Positions 37,921 through 50,846 of a stretch of DNA of 64,000 nucleotides are shown piece by piece. The notes under the pieces were generated by a model. The model was not told where the DNA came from and did no database searches. It was given only the letters and a program-made list of their open reading frames with translations. This stretch comes from Selaginella moellendorffii (lineage: Eukaryota > Plantae > Lycopodiophyta): NCBI RefSeq assembly GCF_000143415.4, contig NW_003314378.1, positions 1 to 64,000 on the forward strand, read 5' to 3'. Made by a program: the position numbers and the translations under genes. Every line of letters begins with the position of its first letter. Positions within the stretch are counted from its first letter, which is position 1.

Positions 37921-40900
37921 TGTTAAGCACCACATCAGGATAATAGGATAAAGAAGGGGCAATGTGTTAGGTGCCAGCTTTGACCACATGGTCAACGTTG
38001 GTCAAAGGGAGGCTCAAGGGTATATTAAGGGATGTTAGGGTAAGGGAAAAAAACCTACCCTAGGGCTTACAGTGGAGTGGCGGTGCAGTGGAGCTTTTGA
38101 GGTAGCTCGGGGGTGGTTGGTGAGGAACCTCAAGAGGTGGTGTAGCATAGTCTAGGGCGACTAGATCTCTGTCTTTTTGTGCCAGATCATAACATTGGTA
38201 TTAGAGGAGTTGGTTGCGATGGCCGACCAAGCTGAATGCTGGAATCCTATTGTCAGTGGTGGTGCTGATGATGGTGCTGATGAAGCTGTGGAGATTTGGA
38301 CCATTCAATATGTGGTTCATGAGCTGCGAGCCCTTAATCGAAATCAGCAAAAGATGCAAGACAAAATGCATGGCATAATGGATACCATGCATGGGCGTGT
38401 TGAGGCACTCGAGGCTGGACGGGGTAGCACTCCAAGTAAACCTTCTTTGGTAGAGCGACTCAAGATTCCAACCTTTTTCGGTGATGGTGGTGTGGATGAG
38501 TGTCTCGCTTCGCTAGCCAATGTGAAAAAGTTCTTAGCTGCTAAGGGAACTCCAGATGCAGAGGCTTTAGTGGCTATTCCAATGGTTTTGCGTGATGTGG
38601 GTCTTTGATGGTGGAATTGGCTTAAGGAGTCTTGTGTTGCAGATAAGAAACCACCAGTGTCTACCATGGATGAGTTTGAGGCTGCTTTCCGTTTATGTTT
38701 TGCCCCTCATTACAACGTGGAAAATGCTCATACAAAACTTTGATTCGAGCAAGGGAAAATGACGTTCGGGGACTATATTGAGCTTGATTAGTCGTGTTCC
38801 AATGAAAGATCCAGATCAGAACAAGTCCTACTTCATTGATGGCCTACATATTGAGAGCATGCAGCAACACTTGCGTCATTCTCACCCTACAAAGAGTTTG
38901 AAGGAGCTTTTTGATGTGGCTCGTTGACTTGACAATGACAAGCATAGGTCTTGCAAGCATTCGCAAAGTCCTTTTGTCGATAATCATTGTGATAATTGCC
39001 ATGGACACAAGGATGGGAACAAGCATCACAAGTTGAAGTTGGTGGTGACTACTTCGGATGCAAAGGGGTCCAAGAAGTGGAAGTTCTTTGTGAAGAATTA
39101 TAAACAGGGTTGTCATCATTGTAGCGAACTTGGACACTATAAGGCTGATTTTCCGCAGTTGAAGAACAAGCAGTAGGATAAGAAAAATGGCCAATCTTCT
39201 AGTCATGGTAAGTTAGATACTAAAAAGTTACAAACTTTGCAGCATGAGGATGATGAGAACAACCATTCTGATCAAAGGAAGAGACTTTCGATCGTTGCTC
39301 GTTAGCTCAACTGTGTGTGGAACAAGATGGAGCTCGAGGATACGTGTGAATCAGCTTTAATGCTGGAGGGCGTGTTCCGTGGCGATCCAGTGCAGATTTT
39401 ACTGGATAGTGGGAGCGATAACAACTTTGTTTCGGCTAAGTTTGTTGCAGAGCATGGCCTGGTCACACGCGGAGTTCTTCCATACATAGTGGAAGGTGCA
39501 ACTACCTCTACTTAGCATTTTGATGCTTGTCTCGAGGGGCTGGAAGTGTTGGTTGGCAAAACCACACTTGTGGAGACTTTTTATCTCGCGGATATCCATC
39601 ATGTGGATTTCATTTTTGGGATGCCATGGTTGGTGAAGGTGGATCCAGAAATAAAGTGGAGTATTAAGCATATCTCGTTGGAGTATGATGGTGTTAAAGA
39701 TGTGTGGTTTGGCAAGGGCGTTCAACCACCAGTTGTTATGCTCTCTGTTAACTCTTTGAAGTAGGCTTGTCGTAATGGAAAAGCACTTTCGAGTTACTTG
39801 CTATTTGTTCATGACTTGGGGGACCAAGGCACGTGTGGGGGAGAAGCAACAGTACGGGATGTACTTGATGAGTTTTCTGATGTTTTTCCATCTGAACTTC
39901 TTCATGGGTTGCCTCCGTTACGAGGTGTGGAGCATGGGATTACATTAGAGCCGGGGACGTGGCCATTTTACCGGTGTTCATTTCGGTTAAGTTATGCAGA
40001 GGAGCAAGAAGTTCAACGACAAGTCAAAGAGTTACTTGAGTTTGGATTTATTCAGCCAAGTAAGTCTCAGTTTGGTGCTTTGGTCTTGCTTGTGAAGAAG
40101 AAGGACGGTTCAATGTGGATGTGTATTGACTACCGCGCTTTGAACAAGAAGACAGTGAAGGATAAAATGCCAATGCCATATGTGGATGATATCCTAGACA
40201 AGCTTGGTGATGCACGAGTGTTTACCAAGATTGATCTGAGGAGTGGATATCATCAGATTGCAATGGATGATGCATTTATCTCCAAAACGGCATTTAACAC
40301 AAGCTTTGGACATTTTGAGTTTACAGTTATGCCGTTTGGTTTGACGAATGCACCAACCACATTTACTTGGTTGATGACAAAGGTATTTGGGTGTTATCTT
40401 CATGAGTTTGTGAAGATTTTCTTGGACGATATTCTTGTTTTTAGCAAGAATATGGAGGAGCATAAGGTGCATTTGTGCAAGGTTCTTTTGTTACTCCGAG
40501 ACAGCAAACTTTATATGAAGAAGAGCAAATATGAGTTTGCAAAGTCAGAGGTGGAATATCTAGGCTATATTGTGACATCTAAGGGTGTCAAGATGGATCC
40601 AAGGAAGGTGGTTGTGGTGGAAAACTGGCCTACACTGACTACAGTGGCCGAGTTGCGCAGTTTTCTTGGTATGGCATACTACCAATGTTTCCAGCATAAG
40701 TTTGCAGAGGTGGCTATTCTTTTGATGTGGTTGTTACACAAGAATGTGCCATTCGAGTGGAAGAAGCCACAAGAGGAGAGTTTTGTAGTGTTGAAACGAT
40801 TGTTGAGCGAGACTCCAGTGCTTCACATTGCTGATCCATCGAAACCTTACAAGGTGACATGCGATGCGAGTGGTTATGCACTGGGAGGAATTCTCATGCA

Positions 40901-43402
40901 AGAGGGACAGCCTATTGCATATGAGAGTCAAAGTTTGAATTCCGTAGAGCAACGCTATTCCATATATGAACAAGAGTTACTCTCTATTGTTCATGCTTTG
41001 TAGATGTGGTGACACTATTTTTATGGTGCAGTGTTCGTGGTGCAAACCACTTGTGTATCTTTTTACACAGGAGTTGAACACTAAGCAAGCTCGTTGGATG
41101 GTCAAACTCATGGAGTTTGGGGAGTTTTCTATTGAGCATTGTCTAGGAAAATCCAATGTGGTGGCAGATGCTTTATCTCGTGTTTGTCATGTGACAACGT
41201 TACAAACACGATTTTGTCATCATTTGAGTAAGGTGGTTAGCAAGTTTGGGCAGTTGGTTGAGCATGCTTAGGCTTAGGATGCTGAGGTGGCCTCTTTGCG
41301 AGACTAGATGGAAGCCCCTTTCTCATTAGTGGATGGGATTCTCTACTACAATGGCCGTGTATATTTGCTACGAGTGGATGTGTTAATTACTCAAGTTTTA
41401 TTCCACTATCATGATCGTCTAGAGGCCGGTCATTTTTGGGGGAAGAAGACGTATGAATTGATTAAGCGCAACTTTTATTGGAGGAATATGAAGGCTGATA
41501 TCCTCAAGTATTGTAAATCATGCAAGTTTTGTCAGCAGGTTAAGGTGCTATAGGAGAAGCCGGGGGGACTTTTGCAACCTTTACCTATTCCTCAGAGCCT
41601 TTGGTGTAATATCTCTATAGACTTCATCACTTGTTTGCCACTAACATAGAGGCAAAACTTGTTTGCCACTAACATAGAGGCAAAAGGAGCAAATATGGGT
41701 CATAGTGGATTGGTTGACAAAGTATATGCGGTTGTTGGCTCTTTGAAAGATTGTCACTACCTCAGACTTGGCTGCGGTTTACTTAGAGAAGGTTTTTTTT
41801 TTATTTTGGTTTGCCGGAGGATATCATTAGTGATCGAGATTCAAAGTTCACCAGTGGATTTTAGAAAAGCTTTGTATAGGCTATACAAGTGACTTTGAAA
41901 CTCTCGAGTGGAGATTATCCTCAGACGGATAGGCAAACCGAGCGTGTGAATCAGGTGGTGGAGGATATGCTACGTTGTAGCATTGGTTAAAGGTAAGAAC
42001 AGTGGGATCTTCCGTTGGTGCAATTTGCTTACAACAATAGCCAACACAGTGGAACCAAGCTAAGTCTTTACTTTGCCATATATGGAAGGCATCCTCGAAC
42101 AATGGTGGAGTTGGGATTGCATTTGAGTAAGGACGTTCATGATAAGCTTGATTCTGAGGCAACTGATCTGGCCATAAAACTTGATGAGATTCTGGTGGTG
42201 TATAAACGGAATTTGCAAGTAGCTCAGGATAGAGTGGAGAAGTTTGCGAATGAGCATCGCCAATTCCGGGAATATAAAGTGGGTGATCTCGTCTTTGTGC
42301 GAGTGATCTTTCCATCAAGTGAGCGGCAGAACACCTTGGTGCTTTTACAAATAGGGAAGAGTGATAAACTTTCCTATCGATATGCTGGTCCATATGAAGT
42401 GCTAGAGCGCATTGGTAAAGCGGCTTATCAGGTGCGGTTGCCGGCTGGGGTGAAAATTCATTCGGTATTTTATGTCAGCCAGTTGAAAGGTGTACTATCT
42501 TGGAGTGATGGGCCCAATGCCTCCTTGATGTATACGGCTGTGGAAGATGGACCAAGAGCTTGAGCAAAGTTCCCCAAAAAGGGTGATCACAAGTACAACT
42601 TGTCCTTGGGACAAAGACTTTGTTGGGGGGGGAAGAATTGTTAGGCGCCAGCTTTGACCACGTGGTCAACATTGGTCAAAAGGAGGCTCAAGGGTATATT
42701 AAGGCATGTTAGGGTAAGGGAAAAAACCCTACCCTAGGGCTCACAGTGGTGTGGCGGCGCAGTGGAGCTTTTGAGGTAGCTCAGGGGTGGTTGGGTTGTG
42801 AGGAACTTCAAGAGGTGGTGTAGCATAGTCTAGGATGACTAGATCTTTGTCTTTTTGCACCAGATCATAACACACTATAATCAAGTGATCACCCCTTTAG
42901 CCAGTTGGCTTAGGGTGTAAGGGATAGAATCCTAACATTGGTATTAGAGCCCAATTTGATTCTCGTGGCTGACGAGTGGGGCAAGAATATTTTGAAGGAA
43001 TATTCAACATAGTGGATCTAGAGAACTAAGGTTAGGTAGACCCTAAGAGAAGGACCATGGTGACCAGAGGGTGGCCTAAATATGATTACGGATGATCATT
43101 CCCTGGCGAAGGGAGGATTGTTAGGCACTAAATTAGGATAATAGGATAAAGAAAGGGCCCTATAATCAAGTGATCACCCCTTTAGTCAGTTGGCTTAGGG
43201 TGTAAGGGATAGGATCTTAATCCTAAAAGAAGGACCATGGTGACTAGAGGGTGGCCTAAATTTGATTGTGGATGATCATTCCCTGGCGAAGGGAGGATTG
43301 TTAGGCACCAGATCAGAATAATAGAATAAAGAAAGGGCCTTGCAATCAAGTGATCACCCCTTTAGCTAGTTGGCTTAGGGTGTAAGGGATAGGATCTTTA
43401 CA
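37921..43402 (+). mobile_element. TRIM family 2 (104-bp LTR), three-LTR tandem form, LTR1 split by G copy 2
   Basis: LTR1 37921-37964 + 42878-42937, PBS TGGTATTAGAGC, PPT GAAGGGAGGAT, LTR2 from 43119, LTR3 43299-43402; degenerate TSD ATTAG/ATCAA. Confidence 0.88.
37965..42872 (+). mobile_element. Ty3/Gypsy family G, copy 2, full-length but degenerate (4908 bp)
   Basis: LTRs 37965-38194 and 42639-42872, PBS, PPT GGGGGGGAAGAAT; gag-PR-RT-RH-INT (HHCC, GPY/F) with many stops; degenerate TSD CAATG/CACTA. Confidence 0.96.
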
Positions 43403-44802
43403 ATCAAAGTGAATAATTGGAACATCTAACACTCTCACAAGTTCCTCTAGATGCTCCACATGACAAAAATGCCCTAGAAATTTCTCCATCTTCTCCTCAT
43501 CAAGCATCTGTTTGACCTTCACCATTTCACAAGTAAATTCCCCACCCCACAGCCAATGCTGGAGGCATTCACTTGCCGTGCCCTCCTCAAAAGGTGACAG
43601 CATCAAGTCATTGTAGCTTGAGCATTTGAGTTTTGCAACCTCCACAAAACTCTCAACCTCTAACTGGGTTCCATCCTCACTTCCAACTGAATCACTTCTT
43701 CTTGCACCATCCCTTGTGCTGGAAGTTGTATCACTGCTATTGTCCAAAGTATCAACTGGCTCAAAAGCCACTGGCACTCTTTTACCAGCTTGATCATTTT
43801 TTGTGCACCTTTTGAAATGGAAAATTTATATTGTACAGCCTTCCCATTTCTAACTACATATAAACGCCAATGTTACTCATACAAGCTAGATCCACAGCTT
43901 AATTATCTAAAAACCAGATTATATGCCAGGGGAGTGGCTAGTTGAGTGAAGTTGCAATCTTTTGAAAGAAAAGATTAAAAGTCTAGAGAGAGTAAGTTTC
44001 AAGTTAAACACTTCTTCCATTTTGCTATTGATACTGTTATACCACCAATGTCAACAATAAATCTAACTTGATTGTCAACCCTTTACCCCTAGATCTCAAC
44101 AGCCCCCAAAACATAGTATTGCTGAAGAATTAGAACTTGAGCACACAAATACAAGACCCTAAACCTTAACTCCCAATCATTCCAAAGCAACGCATATTGT
44201 TCTTAGCATTGACTCTTTGAATTATCTAGTTCATATGAAAAACTAGCTCATGAGTAAGAAGCTTCTTAACTTCTGGCACTAGATTTACTTGTAAAGCATC
44301 TTGGAGCACAGAGATTCTTAGAATATCCTTAGGGAATATTCTAAATATGAGAGAGGATATTCTATGCAGGACCTTTGTTCCCCACAAGTTTAGGCCAGAG
44401 CAAGGATGTATTGAGTTTCTTTGCTATAGAAGAGCTTTTTGTTGTGTTTGAGCATGTTTGAGAGTGAAATGGTGTGTAGAACACACACTAGAATGGCGAC
44501 CATAGTGGGATTCCCAGCAGTCCATTCCATTTTCGTGTTTTCTTTGTTGTTCTTGAGAGTTGTAGGCGTAATAGTAGGCAAACTTGTACCTGTGGGAGAA
44601 ACCCTAAAGTAGGATCAAACATAGGTAGATCCATAGCACATTGGAGAAAATGGATTGTTGACTGCTCCATGTTGAGATCAAAATGCCCACTCTCGGAATC
44701 TATGATTGAGGAAGAAAACTTGCTATCTGAGATGCAATTTTGAAAATCTAGCTCATGCCACAACCAAGAGAATTGCCCTTGAGGCTTGAAATAAGGGAAT
44801 AG

Positions 44803-44902
44803 NNNNNNNNNNNNNNNNNNNNNNNNNNNNNNNNNNNNNNNNNNNNNNNNNNNNNNNNNNNNNNNNNNNNNNNNNNNNNNNNNNNNNNNNNNNNNNNNNN
44901 NN
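44803..44902. other. Assembly gap (100 N)
   Basis: Run of N. Confidence 1.
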
Positions 44903-45435
44903 GCCCAATAGTGGCAAATGCCAAATCATGCGACAAACCAAAAAAATGTTTGGCTATGACATACCTCTGTCTCAACCAACACATCTAGAATATATCCCAA
45001 GCTCTAGTAACCAACCACCAGTGTGAAAAAAGCCCAACTCTTAAAATAAACAAGCCACACTCCTAAAATAAGCAAGAGCAAGTGTGAAAACTAGTTAGAA
45101 GCGACGAAAATAGGTGAGACAGAACTCATTCGAAAGCTTCTGACCTACCAACTCTTTGACAAAATAAATTTTGAAAAATCCAAGTAGAAAAGAGGCCAAA
45201 GTCTACATATACAATGCAAGAAGAGAACTGACATCACATCTCTTGATATACATCACCAAAATTCATAAGACCAGACTCTTTTGAAAGATATTTGCATACT
45301 CTAGCTTTTGGACAAAACAAATCTTGAAAAATACAAGTAGAAAAAATGCAAGAAAACTCCAAAGTCCACATATACAGCACAAGAAGAGAAATGACACTAC
45401 ATCTAAACATGTCTTCTAGAAATTGCGAGACAAAG

Positions 45436-45813
45436 TGTTAGGATCCTATCCCTTACACCCTAAGCCAATTGACTAAAGGGGTGATCACTTGATTGCAGGG
45501 CCCTTTCTTTATCCTATTATCCTGACCTGGTGCCTAGCAATCCTCCCCCTCGTCAGGGAATGATCGTCCGCGATCATACTTAGGCCACCATCTGGTCACC
45601 ATGGTCCTCTTAGGGTCTACCAAACCTTGGTTCTCCCTCTAGATTCACCATGTTGAATATTCCTGCCCCACTCGTCAGCCACGAGAATCGAACTGGGCTC
45701 CGATACCAATGTTAGGATCCTATCCCTTACACCCTAAGCCAACTGACTAAAAGGGTGATCACTTGATTGCAGGGCCCTTTCTTTATCCTATTATCCTGAC
45801 CTGGTGCCTAACA
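45436..45813 (-). mobile_element. TRIM family 2, complete 378-bp copy
   Basis: 104-bp LTRs 45436-45539 and 45710-45813 (3 differences), PBS TGGTATCGGAGC, PPT GAGGGGGAGGAT, 170-bp non-coding interior. Confidence 0.95.
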
Positions 45814-45818
45814 ATTGG

Positions 45819-48800
45819 TGTTAGGCGCCAGCTTTGACTATGTGGTCAACGTCGGTCAAAGGGAGGCTCAAGGGTATATTAAAGCATGTTAGGGTAAGGG
45901 ACTTAACCTACCCTAGGGCTCACAGTGGAGCGGTGGCGCAGTGGAGGTTGAGGTAGCTCGGGGGTGGTTGGGTGGTGAGGAACCTCAAGAGGTGGTGTAA
46001 CATAGTCTAGGGCAACTAAATCTTTGTCTTTTTGCGCCAGATCATAACATTGGTATCAGAGGAGTTGGTTGCGATGGCCGACCAAGCCAGCAGGGAGGAG
46101 GCCCGAGGGGAGATCCCCAAGCTCTGGAAGAAATGGATCGAGCAAGGAGTTGAAGCAAATCAGGTGGTGGGCAACACGCTTGCGTTCTGGAAACTACTGG
46201 TACAGGAGAAAGTCAAGGCCACCTCTTGGTTGGTGGCAAATAACGGGCTGCCAGTAGGACAGCGGTTCCAGGAAGAAGCATGCCGACGGTGCAAGGAGTG
46301 TGGCGAGCTGGAGACAGCGCGACATGTCCTATGGGAATGCGACGTGGCGAGAGAAGTTTGGCGACAGATCTTCAAGGCGACGCAGGAACTCGGAGACATT
46401 CCAGAGTTTGAGGCTCGGAGTGGGGATATCCTCCACTGGTTTGAGGGAGCTAGAGGCCCAGCCATTGGTCCGGCTTGGAGGCGTATTCGCTGCTACGGAC
46501 GGCACCGATGGAACATGCGAGTCCGGTGGGATGCGACAGGGGCTGAAGTTGGGATGTCCATCTGGGAGGCGTTGGGCCAAGAGTGCTGGTTCATTTGGAG
46601 GGCAACAGGACTGCAGGCACTTTGGGAGGCGCGGAACCACTGTCGCTTTGATGGGCAACAAGCGAGAATATCAGCAGTGGCAGTATCATGGTGGAGACTC
46701 ACTCTTGCAGCGGTGCGTCTTCACTACACCATCCTGAAAGAGCGGGCGAAACCGAGGCAGCTCGAGGAGTGGAGATCTAGGTGGCTCCCATGCTTTGGCA
46801 AATTGGGAGGTGGCGAGATTCGCTAGCAATGGCACCCCCCAGACTCTGTTCTAAGGTCAGCTCGTGGGGGAGACTTGGACATCGACATGATTCGCTCGAG
46901 ACGACCACGTCCACTTCTACTCCAGGACTAGGTCTAGCTGCGGCATATGAGGATCACGTAGAGTAGCTCATTGAGAGGGCGGCACGCCCATTTTTTGTAT
47001 TAGTCCCATTGGGATATGGGGAATGTACATACACGTTCAGCGATGGCCGACCAAGCTGAACACTGGAATCCTATTGTCGATAGTGGTGCCGACAATGGTG
47101 CTGACGAAGCTGCGGAGATTTGGACTATTCAAGATGTGGTTCATGAGCTGCGAGCCCTTAACCGAAATCAGCAAGAGATGCAAAACGAGATGCATGGCAT
47201 GATGGATACCATGCGTGGGCGTGTTGAGGCACTTGAGGCTGGATGGGGTAGCGCTCCAAGTAAGCCTTCTTTGGTAGATCGACTCAAGATTCCAACCTTT
47301 TCTGGTGATGGTGGTGTGGACGAGTGTCTCGCTTGGCTAGCCAATGTGAAGAAGTTCTTGGCTGCTAGAGGAACTCCAGATGCAGAGGCTTTAGTGGCTA
47401 TTCCGATGGTTTTGTGTGATGCGGGTCTTCGATGGTGGAATTGGCTTGAGGAATCCCGTGTTGCGGATAAGAAACCACCAGTGTCTACCATGGATGAGTT
47501 TGAGGCTGCTTTCCGTTTACGTTTTGCCCCTCATTATGATGTGGAGAATGCTCGTACAGAACTTCGCCATTTCCAGCAAGGGAAAATGACGCTCGGGGAT
47601 TATATTGAGAAGCTTACTTGCTTGATTAGTTGTGTTCCAACGAAGGATCCAGATCAGAACAAGTCCTACTTCATTGATGGCTTACATAGTGAGAGCATGC
47701 GGCAACACTTGCGTCATTCTCAGCCTACAAAGAGTTTGGAGGAGCTCTTTGATGCGGCTCGTCGACTTGACAATGACAAGCACAAGTCTCGCAAGCGTTC
47801 GTGGAGTCCTTCTGTCGAGAATCGTCGTGATGATCACCGTGGACACAAGGATGGGAACAAGCATCACAAGTTTAAGTCGGTGGTGACTACTTCAGATGCA
47901 AAGGGGTCCAAGAAGCAGAAGTTCTTTGTGAAGAATTATAGACAGGGTTGTCATCATTGCGGCGAACTTGGACACTACAAGGCTGATTGTCCGCAGTTGA
48001 AGAACAAGCAGCAGGACAAGAAGAATGGCCAATCTTCTACTCACGGTAAGTCAGATACTAAAAAGTTGCAAGCTTTACAGCGTGAGGATGACGAGAATGA
48101 CCATTCCGGTCGGAGGAAGAGACTTTCGATCGTTGCTCGTCAACTCAACTGTGTGTGGAACAAAATGGAGCTCGAGGATACGCGTGAATCAGCTTTAATG
48201 CTGGAGGGCGTGTTCCGTGGCGATCCAGTGCAGATTTTACTGGATAGTGGGAGCGATGACAACTTTGTTTCGGCTAAGTTTGTTGCGGAGCATCGCCTGA
48301 ACACACGTGGAGTTCTTCCATACACAGTGGAAGGTGCAGCTACCTCTGCTCAGCATTTCAATGCTTGTGTCGAGGGGCTGGAAGTGTTGGTTGGCAAAAC
48401 CACACTTGTGGAAACTTTTTATCTCGCGGATATTCATTGTGTGGATCTCATTCTTGGGATGCCATGGTTGGTGAAGGTGGATCCAAAGATATTGTTCATG
48501 CTTTGCGGACGTGGCGGCACTATCTTTATGGTGCAGTGTTCGTGGTGTTGACAGATCACAAACCACTTGTGTATCTTTCACACAGAAGGAGTTGAACACT
48601 AGGCAAGCTCGTTGGATGGTCAAACTCATGGAGTTTGGGGAGTTTCCTATTGAGCATCGTCCGGGAAAATCAAATGTGGTGGCGGATGCTTTATCTCGTG
48701 TTCGTCATGTGACGACGTTACGAACACGATTTTGTCATCATTTGAGTAAGGTGGTCAGCGAGTTTGGGCAATTGGTTGAGCATGCTCAGGCTCAGGATGC

Positions 48801-50365
48801 TGAGGTGGCCTCTTTGCTAGACCAGATGGAAGCTCCTTTCTCATTGGTGGATGGGATTCTCTACTACAATGGCCGTGTATATTTGCCACGGGTGGATGCG
48901 TTAATTACTCAAGTTTTATTCCACTATCATGATCGTCCAGAGGCCGGTCATTTTGGGGGGAAGAAGACGTATGAGTTGATTAAGCGCAACTTTTATTGGA
49001 GGAATATGAAGGCTGATATCCTCAAGTATTGTAAATCATGTGAGCTTTGTCAGTGGGTTAAGGTGCCACGGGAGAAGCCGGGGGGACTTTTGCAACCTTT
49101 ACCTATTCCTCAGAGCCGTTGGTGTAGTATCTCTATGGACTTCATCACTTGTTTGCCACGAATACAGAGGCAAAAGGAGTAAGTATGGGTCATAGTAGAT
49201 CGGTTGACGAAGTATGTGCAGTTGTTGACTCTTCGAAAGACTGTCACTGCCTTAGACTTGGCTGCGGTTTACTTGGAGAAGGTTTTTCTTGATTTTGGTT
49301 TGCAAGAGGACATCATTAGTGATCAAGATTCAAAGTTCACCAGTGGATTTTGGAAAAGCTTTGCAAAGGCTATGCAAGTGACTTTGAAACTCTCGAGTGG
49401 AGATCATCCTCAGACGGATGGGCAAACCAAGCGTGTGAATCAGGTGGTGGAGGATATGCTACATTGTAGCATTGGTCAAAAGCAAGGACAGTGGGATCTA
49501 TATCTTCCGTTGGTGCAATTTGCTTACAACAATAGCCAACATAGTGGAACCAAGCTAAGTCCTTACTTTGCGATGTTTGGAAGGCATTCTTGAACAGCGG
49601 TGGAGTTGGGATTGCATTTGAGTAAGGACGTTCAAGATAAGCTTGATTCCGAGGCAACTGATCTGGCCACAGAACTTGATGAGATTCTGGTGGTGTGCAA
49701 ACGGAATTTGCAAGCAGCTCAGGACAGAGCGGAGAAGTTTGCCAATGAGCATCGTCAATTCCGAGAATATAAGGTGGGTGATCTCGTCTTTGTGTGAGTG
49801 ATCTTTCCGTCAAGTGAGCGGCGGAACACCTTGGTGCCTTTATGGACAGGGAAGAGTGATAAACTCTCCCATCGATATGCTGGTCCATATGAAGTGCTGG
49901 AGCGCATTGGTAAAGCTGCTTATCGGGTGCGGCAGCTAGCTGGGGTGAAAATTCATCCAATATTTTATGTCAGCCAGTTGAAAGGTGTACTATCTCAAAG
50001 TGATGAGCCCAATGCCTCCTTGATGTATGCGGCTGTGGAAGATGGACCAGGAGCTTGAGCAGGATTCCCCAGAAAGGGTGATCACCAGTACAACTCGTCC
50101 TTGGGACAAGGACTTTGTTGGGGGGGAAGAATTGTTAGGCGCCAGCGTTGACTACGTGGTCAACGTCGGTCAAAGGGAGGCTCAAGGGTATATTAAAGCA
50201 TGTTAGGGTAAGGGACTTAACCTACCCTAGGGCTCACGGTGGAGCGGCGGCGTAGTGGAGCTTTTGAGGTAGCTCGGGGGTGGTTGGGTGGTGAGGAACC
50301 TCAAGAGGTGGCGTAACATAGTCTAGGGCAACTAGATATTTGTCTTTTTGCGCCGGATCATAACA
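45819..50365 (+). mobile_element. Ty3/Gypsy family G, copy 3 (RT-RH deleted, LINE insertion at gag start)
   Basis: LTRs 45819-46049 and 50133-50365; open gag-PR from 47043; junction near 48490 joins the protease end to the RNase H end (~1.3 kb lost); integrase 48600-50058. Confidence 0.96.
46088..47039 (+). mobile_element. 5'-truncated LINE fragment (zf-RVT C-terminus + 3' UTR)
   Basis: CKECGELETARHVLWECDVAREVW, LWEARNHCRF; 17-bp TSD GCGATGGCCGACCAAGC (46071-46087 and 47040-47056). Confidence 0.92.
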
Positions 50366-50846
50366 CAAAGAGAAAGACTTGCTCAAACCCTCAACAGTTG
50401 AAAAAAAATAAGAATTTGTGAGAGAATGAACCAAATCAAGCAAGAAAGAGCTCGTTGGAAAGCATAGGAGTAAATGTACCAAGCACAGGAAAGATCCACA
50501 GAAATGGTGGCTTCTAGAGAACATATAACACCACTAAACATAGTCTTGTCGGTGTGTGACTCAAATCTCCTTGCATGTCATGATTCTTATGCCAAGACTC
50601 CAGATTTATGATGCTAGAGGATAGAAAATTATGAGATCTACAAGCCCATGTACTCAATTTGACAAAAAAACAAGAAGCTAGAATATGAGGATGAGAGTTT
50701 TCAATTATGAGTCCCAAAACCCAAAGAAAGCTAAGAAAAACCAAGGAATTCATGAGAATGGCAGTGAATCTTGTGCTTAGAAGAACCAATCTGATTCCCA
50801 GGGCACCCCTAGACACAGATTCTACAACCAAGAGCAAGAATCATGC

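Noticed and set aside
41630-41685. 28-bp tandem duplication in the G2 integrase
   Set aside because: Ordinary slippage in a dead copy.
45145-45405. Imperfect ~160-bp-period direct repeat
   Set aside because: Probably within an old LTR/UTR next to the gap; no boundaries to support a call.
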